DNA of 64,000 bases, taken from an uncultured Prevotella sp. (lineage in GTDB: Bacteria; Bacteroidota; Bacteroidia; Bacteroidales; Bacteroidaceae). The DNA is taken from assembly GCA_905234845.1 (NCBI GenBank), contig CAJOIW010000025.1, positions 2,374-66,373 of the forward strand. Reading direction: 5' to 3'. Both the position numbers and the translations under genes were made by a program. The notes below the pieces were generated by a model. It was not told the origin of the DNA. It made no database searches and was given only the letters and a program-made list of their open reading frames with translations. Below are positions 58,312 to 64,000 of the stretch, one piece after another; the first letter of the stretch is position 1, and each line of letters opens with the position of its first letter.

Positions 58312-60836
58312 TATTCGTTTGCTGATGTGGACCTGCGTTTTCTCCAGTCCGATATTCTCCTGTAAACCTCGCCTACCCAGAGCACCATTGAAGAGATGCC
58401 TACGACCAGAGCCCACTCCTTCAGTGACATACCGTCGGTGCGGAACATCTGACCGCCAAACTCCACGATGAGCCACTGCCCGGCAAAGATGAGCAACAGC
58501 ACCAGCAGCATGCCCCGACTGTCGCGCAAACGTGAGAAGGCCGATTCGTTGGTGCCCAGCGTCTTGGCGTTAAACAGGTTCCAGAACTGCAGCATGACAA
58601 ACATGGTGAAGAACAAGGTCAACTCGTGCAGGTCGACGCCTGTGCCGAGATGATACTCGCAATAGTAAAGTGCGATGAGCATGGCTATGGCGAAAAGAAT
58701 GCCGCACCAGAGGATGCCCCAGCCCATCGAGCGGGAGATGATAAATTCGTTCTGACTGCGCGGGCGGTCGTTCATCACGTCGGCCGATGGCGGCAACGAG
58801 GCTAAGGCCATGGCGGCAAAGGTGTCCATGATGAGGTTTACCCACAGAATCTGTGTGACCGTGAGCGGCATCTCCGTGCCGATAACCGATCCGCCGAGCA
58901 CCAGGAGCAGGGCCGTGAGGTTGACTGTGAGTTGGAAGAAGAGGAAACGCTGAATATTCTTGTAGAGCGACCGCCCCCACATCACGGCATTCACGATGGA
59001 TCCGAACGAGTCGTCGAGCAAGGTCATGTCCGAAGCCTCCTTCGCCACGCTTGTGCCCGAGCCGAGCGATAATCCTACATGAGCATAATGCAGGGCCGGG
59101 GCATCGTTGGTGCCGTCACCTGTCACAGCCACCACCTCGCCGCACCGTTGCAGCATTTCCACAAACCGCTGCTTGTCGGCAGGACGGGCACGCGACATGA
59201 TGCTGATGCTTTGAGCGCGTGCAAGAGCCTCCTCGTCGGTCAGCGCAGCCCACTCGTCGCCCGTGATGGTCTCGCCCGTGATGCCCGTCTGTCGACCTAT
59301 CTCGGCAGCTGTAGTGGCTACGTCGCCCGTCACAATCTTCACCTCGATTCCGGCTTGCTGACACTGGCGCACGGCCTCTGGCACGTCGGGACGCAACGGG
59401 TCACTGATGGCACAAACGGCTTGTAACCGACCGTCGCAGGCAAAGGCCAACGTGCGCATGCCTTTCTGTTGCCAGTCGAACAACATCGACTCGGCCCATT
59501 GCCGTTCATCGGTGTCCAACTCACACTTCTGCAGAACGATCTCCGGGGCTCCTTTGATAAAGAGGTGTTGGTCGGTGCGGGTCGACATATATTTTCTTTC
59601 GGTAGTGAAAGGTTCTTGTTCAATGATTTCCGTGTCGGTGCGCCACTGCCGATAGTCCTCCCCTTGGTCAGCCATCCAGTGCAGTAAGGCAGCCTCAGTT
59701 GGATTGCCGATGCTCTGATCGCCGTTCAACTCGGCGGTGGAGTTCACGGCAATCGCTTGGACGAGAAGGTCGTGCGGTGCCTTTTTCCCCCAAGTCTCCA
59801 TCGCAGCGACGCGCATGTGGTTTTGCGTGAGCGTGCCGGTCTTGTCGGTACAGATGACGGTCACCGCACCCATCGTCTCACAAGCATGGAGCTTGCGCAC
59901 AAGGTTGTTGGTGTGCAACATACGACGCATATTGAGAGCCAGGGCCAGCGTGACGGCCATCGGAAGGCCCTCGGGCACAGCCATCACGATGAGCGTGACG
60001 GCCATCATGAAGTATTTCAGCACGATGCGGGCCATGGCCATCCATTCCAGGTTGCGCCATACGTCGGGACTGACAATGATGTCGTGAACCAAGAAACTGA
60101 CAAAAGCCAGCATGGCAATGGCGGAGCCTGCCTTCGAGATGAGCTTGGCCAGGCGGTCGAGCTGTTGGTTGAGAGGTGTCTTTATCGTGGTGGTCTCGGT
60201 CGATTTCCGGGCCACACGGCCAATCTCGGTCTCGTCGCCAACGGCTGTCACACGATAGACGGCACGACCGGTCATCACCATCGACGAGCGCAGTAGCACA
60301 TTCGACGCAAATGTCCCTTCACGATGCCCCGTCACGTCTTTCTCCGTCATGGGCTCGCCGGTAAGCATCGACTCGTCTACCTGAAGGTCGTTGCTGACGA
60401 TAATCTCGCCGTCGGCAGGTATCTCGTCGCCTGTCTCCACCAATACCACATCGTCGACAACCACCTCGCGGCGGGCAATCTCAGTCACCTGCCCGTCACG
60501 TCGCACCTTCACCCGTTGCTCCTCGTCCAGTTCGGTCAGCAAGTCAAACTTCCGGGCAGCGTCGCGTTCGAAATAGAAGCCCACCGAAGTGGCAAAGATA
60601 ATGGCCAGAAAGATGCCGATGGTCTCAATAAACTCACCCTCGATGAAGCCAAACACAAGAGAAATGGCTGCAGCTACCAGCAAAATCTGAATGATGGGGT
60701 CGCGGTATTTCTCAATATAAAGACTCCACAGCGACGGCTTGGGCAGCGGAGTCAGCACATTCTCACCATGTTGTCTCCGCCGTTCCGTCACCTGCTGAGC
60801 CGAAAGCCCGCGTATCTGTTCGTTTTTAGGATTCAC
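58311..60836 (-). CDS. P-type II cation (Ca2+-type) ATPase
   Basis: DESMLTGE, VPEGLP, DKTGTLT, KGAPE, TGDGTNDAPAL, ILWVNLIMD; GTG start. Confidence 0.95.
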   Translation of the reverse strand: MNPKNEQIRGLSAQQVTERRRQHGENVLTPLPKPSLWSLYIEKYRDPIIQILLVAAAISLVFGFIEGEFIETIGIFLAIIFATSVGFYFERDAARKFDLLTELDEEQRVKVRRDGQVTEIARREVVVDDVVLVETGDEIPADGEIIVSNDLQVDESMLTGEPMTEKDVTGHREGTFASNVLLRSSMVMTGRAVYRVTAVGDETEIGRVARKSTETTTIKTPLNQQLDRLAKLISKAGSAIAMLAFVSFLVHDIIVSPDVWRNLEWMAMARIVLKYFMMAVTLIVMAVPEGLPMAVTLALALNMRRMLHTNNLVRKLHACETMGAVTVICTDKTGTLTQNHMRVAAMETWGKKAPHDLLVQAIAVNSTAELNGDQSIGNPTEAALLHWMADQGEDYRQWRTDTEIIEQEPFTTERKYMSTRTDQHLFIKGAPEIVLQKCELDTDERQWAESMLFDWQQKGMRTLAFACDGRLQAVCAISDPLRPDVPEAVRQCQQAGIEVKIVTGDVATTAAEIGRQTGITGETITGDEWAALTDEEALARAQSISIMSRARPADKQRFVEMLQRCGEVVAVTGDGTNDAPALHYAHVGLSLGSGTSVAKEASDMTLLDDSFGSIVNAVMWGRSLYKNIQRFLFFQLTVNLTALLLVLGGSVIGTEMPLTVTQILWVNLIMDTFAAMALASLPPSADVMNDRPRSQNEFIISRSMGWGILWCGILFAIAMLIALYYCEYHLGTGVDLHELTLFFTMFVMLQFWNLFNAKTLGTNESAFSRLRDSRGMLLVLLLIFAGQWLIVEFGGQMFRTDGMSLKEWALVVGISSMVLWVGEVYRRISDWRKRRSTSANE

Positions 60837-61168
60837 CTTCGTAGAGTTGTTTTATGTCTTGTAGACGTTCACACAGGCGCTGTCATAGTTCCATATCTTA
60901 ATGACATAAAGCCAGACATTGCTATGTTTTCTTACATGTTGACCTTAAATCGTAGTCAACGCATTTTTCGCCGTGCAAAGTTACGGTTTTTCCATAAATA
61001 AACATCTTTTTTACACAAAATATTTGCATATTTGCCCAAAACGCAGTAACTTTGCACCCGAAAATCGAGCAGCCCCATGGGGACAGCACACTGAGGTAAC
61101 CATGGATAGTTCCAAAGAAACCTGCAGTGACTACACAAAGGATATAATACATCTTTCCCGATTTTCAC

Positions 61169-61242
61169 GGACTTGTAGCTCAGTTGGTTAGAGCAACAGA
61201 CTCATAATCTGGAGGTCCCAGGTTCAAGCCCTGGCTGGTCCA
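61169..61242 (+). tRNA. tRNA with CAT anticodon, probably tRNA-Ile2 (lysidine) rather than Met
   Basis: GGACTTG acceptor, TAGCTCAGTTGGTTAGAGC D arm, CAGA-CTCATAA-TCTG anticodon arm, GGTTCAAGCC T arm; CCA not encoded. The Ile2 assignment is a judgement. Confidence 0.93.
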
Positions 61243-61400
61243 CACTAAAAATCAGGGAGTTACACCAAAAATGTAGCTCCTTTTCCTTTGTGTTGCGAAC
61301 AATTTGCGAACAAAATTGCATTTCGCGAACACCTATAGAATCTTTCTGCAATAATTGATTCACTCATTTTGTTCGCAAATCTCATTATTTTTGTTCGCAA
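61243..61400. mobile_element. Putative att boundary of a tRNA-integrated island
   Basis: GGAGTTACA/TGTAGCTCC hairpin right after the tRNA and five T(T/C)GCGAACA repeats (3 direct, 2 inverted); foreign-type genes follow. Confidence 0.6.
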
Positions 61401-61488
61401 ACCATTTTTCGGCATATTATTCAGTAATATCAGTAATACGAGTAAGACGTTTTTATCTGATGAAAAGATGTCCTTTCATATTTCTGCT

Positions 61489-61791
61489 TCAATTGCTTTG
61501 TTTATTCAATATCACCCAACGACCTTCTTTACGGTCACCTTCTCGAATTAGGTTTTTTTGTTATTGGAGACACTCTAAGTCTCGCTTGATGGTTCTTGTC
61601 GTGACACCCGTCTTTTGTGACATTTCATTTGTTGTTACAAAAGCATCATCTTCTATTAGTTGCAGAATAATTCTTTGTCTCTCAGATAGTTGTTTGGTGA
61701 CATCTTTGGTGACATCTTCAGTGACACTTTGAGTAACATCCTTTGTCGGTCTTATATATGTCACCACGTCAAAGCCATCATTAATAGACAA
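61489..61791 (-). pseudogene. C-terminal winged-HTH remnant with an internal stop
   Basis: LSERQRIILQLI...TGVTTRTIKRDLECLQ*QKNLIREGDRKEGRWVIL: homology-like sequence continues in frame past the TAA; no N-terminal domain. Confidence 0.7.
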
Positions 61792-61819
61792 CTTCTCTCA
61801 CATTTCTCTCACACTTCTC

Positions 61820-62310
61820 TCAATGTTCACTCAATTTTGAGATAACTTCTTCCGCTGCCATCATCGGCTCTTCCTCTGGTATCTCATAATACGTGACAGT
61901 CCTATCTTGCAGGAAAATCTTATTGAGTGTATATGTCAGCGATTCCAATGTATCTTCTCTTTTGACTGGTTTCAACTCACATTCCCAAATGGTGATAGAG
62001 TGCCAGCCCATTGCGGCGAGTTCGTGTTGAACCTTCAAATCCCGTTCCTTGTTCCGCTTTACTTTGTTTTCGGTATAGTGTAATAGCGACAGCCTTCATG
62101 CCCATGCCAAAAGCAGCCATTTACAAAGATGCAAGTTCTGTACTTCCGCATCACGATGTCGGGTTTCCCTGGCAGTCGTGGATGGTTTAGCCGGTAGCGG
62201 AACCCGTGCCCCCACAACCAACGACGCACCACCATCTCTGGCTTCGTGTCCTTCGACTTGATAGCCACCATATTCTTGTGTCGTTGTATTGGTGTGAGTT
62301 TGTCAGTCAT
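61820..62310 (-). pseudogene. vsr: Frameshifted very-short-patch repair endonuclease
   Basis: IKSKDTKPE, LPGKPDIV, FVNGCFWHGH ...PKTK*, then another frame gives KVKRNKERDLKVQHEL..GW....IWECE; the usual N..FW segment is missing. Confidence 0.85.
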
Positions 62311-62322
62311 ATAGGAAATGAA

Positions 62323-64000
62323 CTATATTTGATATTCCATCAGTTGCTCTCCCGTGACAACAATCGGAGCACCTTCTGGGTATTCGCTTTCCGTAGCAAG
62401 ACGGTATTCGGCCAGAATTTTTGCTATATTGACATCCGGATTGATAGAAACTTCTTCGTCGAACACGAAACAGAAGTAGTTGCCTTGTGGGCTCGGGTAG
62501 AGGGCCTGACGCATACGTTCTTCCGACATTACAGCGTGGTGGTGTACGTGGAATATGCGGTATTCGTTCTTATAGTCTTCGCCAAGCCTATAGAGGATGA
62601 CAAACTTTATTCCACCTTGTTCCAATTGACTTCGTTTCATCGTACCTGCACGTTTCAGCCCCTTGGTGAATATCCTCACGTTGTACAGATTTGTACCCTT
62701 GTCGTTGGCGCCCAATATCCAGTTTAATTGAGCCTCGTCCTTGTAGCATCCGATGAGGAAATTGTCTTCCAAGTAGCGTTGTACATAATGCAAAGTGAGG
62801 AGCGAAGCCGGAACAGAAGTGCTCTTTGCCTCTTGCTCCACTTTTGGCAGAAGCGTTTCAGGACTGACCCCGATGGGACATTCCGCCATATAGAAGTAAG
62901 GAGCCAACAGGGAAAGCGTCCGTTCGTTTTCGTCGGTAAAGCGTTCGCCGTTGTCCAAAGCGACAGAATAGTAGCTCTGACTACCTGTGTCGCCATAAGG
63001 GGTATATACTTTACCCAGCAGTTGCTGGAAGTTCTGCTGCATAAATAGTTCTGCATTGACCCCTTCACGGGCAGTGATAGCGTAAAACGAATAACTGCTA
63101 TTAAGTTCTTCCTGTATGTTTTTGCGGAACAACTCCCTGACCTGCACCTTCCATGATGCCTTGGAGAAGGCATTGTTGCGGGCATAGAGTGAAAGAACGT
63201 AGAGGAAATTCACATCGTAGTGAGTGATTATCAGTGTGTCTCTGTCAAACAGACGGTTTTCAAACTGTCGGGCGTTGAACACCGTTCCTCTTTTCTTCAG
63301 ATTATCGTTTTCAAAGCTCAGATTCTTGTCAACGAAAGCAGATATAAAGAAGTTGGGGATGATGTTGTAGCCTTCCGTCACCTCGTCGCGCAGCCAGATG
63401 TTCTTGGGATTATCCTTCTGTTTCTTCGCTTCATCACCAGAGAGGAAGAGGTCAAGGTTCCACTGAATCACATTTCTGGCATAGGTGTACTGTTTATATA
63501 CCGATTCGTCACCCACAGTCGAACCAATCTTATAGTATTTGCTGTCACCTATATAATATATCTCCTTTTGCACCTGCTTCTGCATGGCATCGGGGTACAC
63601 CAAGTCGGCATAGGTGTACATGTGATCCACTCGTTTGCCGTCTTTCTGTTCCTTAAGTCCCGATGGAATGTCCTTGCTCCCCACCAGTTCGTCGATGATG
63701 GCCTCAAAGACGATGTTGAAGTTCTGCGCCAGCAGATATTCTTTCTGGTCGTCACGCACATTGATGGCATGCGACTTGTCAAAGAAGGCATAGCAGAGTT
63801 CCCATAGGCGCAATGCCTTGTCGGAGAAGTATTTATATCGTATCTGGCGCATACGCACTCGCCCATATCCGTCAAGGTAATGCCTGAACTTGGAACCCGT
63901 TATCAACTCGAATCCCATATTGATATTCACGCGGAATCCGTAGTGGCTCGAGATGTAGTTCAGTATAGAAAAGTAGATGATGAACAGTTCTTCGTCGAAG
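62323..64000 (-). CDS. LlaJI-family (McrC-like) restriction endonuclease; start lies beyond the window
   Basis: FNIVFEAIIDEL, DGKRVDH, YIGDSKYYK, KQYTYARNVIQ; frame stays open to 64000 (FDEELFIIYFSILNY). Confidence 0.85.
   Translation of the reverse strand, partial: FDEELFIIYFSILNYISSHYGFRVNINMGFELITGSKFRHYLDGYGRVRMRQIRYKYFSDKALRLWELCYAFFDKSHAINVRDDQKEYLLAQNFNIVFEAIIDELVGSKDIPSGLKEQKDGKRVDHMYTYADLVYPDAMQKQVQKEIYYIGDSKYYKIGSTVGDESVYKQYTYARNVIQWNLDLFLSGDEAKKQKDNPKNIWLRDEVTEGYNIIPNFFISAFVDKNLSFENDNLKKRGTVFNARQFENRLFDRDTLIITHYDVNFLYVLSLYARNNAFSKASWKVQVRELFRKNIQEELNSSYSFYAITAREGVNAELFMQQNFQQLLGKVYTPYGDTGSQSYYSVALDNGERFTDENERTLSLLAPYFYMAECPIGVSPETLLPKVEQEAKSTSVPASLLTLHYVQRYLEDNFLIGCYKDEAQLNWILGANDKGTNLYNVRIFTKGLKRAGTMKRSQLEQGGIKFVILYRLGEDYKNEYRIFHVHHHAVMSEERMRQALYPSPQGNYFCFVFDEEVSINPDVNIAKILAEYRLATESEYPEGAPIVVTGEQLMEYQI

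Noticed and set aside
60837-60975. yybP-ykoY riboswitch call for the ATPase leader
   Set aside because: The GGGGAGUA-type 5' consensus is not evident; kept only as an unnamed candidate leader
61355-61732. Plus-strand ORFs after the tRNA as an integrase or excisionase
   Set aside because: No tyrosine-recombinase motifs; they overlap att-like repeats and the antisense of the HTH remnant

Overview
Chromosomal window from a Prevotellaceae-type Bacteroidales genome, judged from TAnnTTTG promoters, SusC/D, PorU/PorV and Prevotella-style C-terminal sorting tails. 1-23.2 kb: a LacI regulator divergent from susC-susD-susE-susF, then six consecutive genes for proteins with type IX secretion (T9SS)-like C-terminal domains. 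These are two multi-CBM GH13 amylases, two apparently non-catalytic tandem carbohydrate-binding proteins, a GH53 galactanase and an 876-aa unknown protein followed by a small acidic peptide. 24-61 kb is mostly housekeeping: ispF-porV-porU-FAH, glycosyltransferases, M23/LysM, recG, DJ-1, nadK, an ABC transporter, tsf-rpsB-rpsI-rplM, two deoxynucleoside kinases, wzx/licD, GH32, higBA, a HAD-RibF fusion and a P-type ATPase. A tRNA(CAT) at 61.2 kb marks the edge of an integrated island carrying a decayed vsr and a LlaJI-family restriction nuclease. The most striking unexplained signals are: (i) six intergenic arrays of short palindromes phased at 22 bp, plus one partial array; (ii) two tandem paralogous small-RNA genes sharing a promoter layout; (iii) the T9SS starch-binding gene cluster; (iv) several small repeat families that invade coding sequence. 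All calls come from manual reading; no database searches were run.
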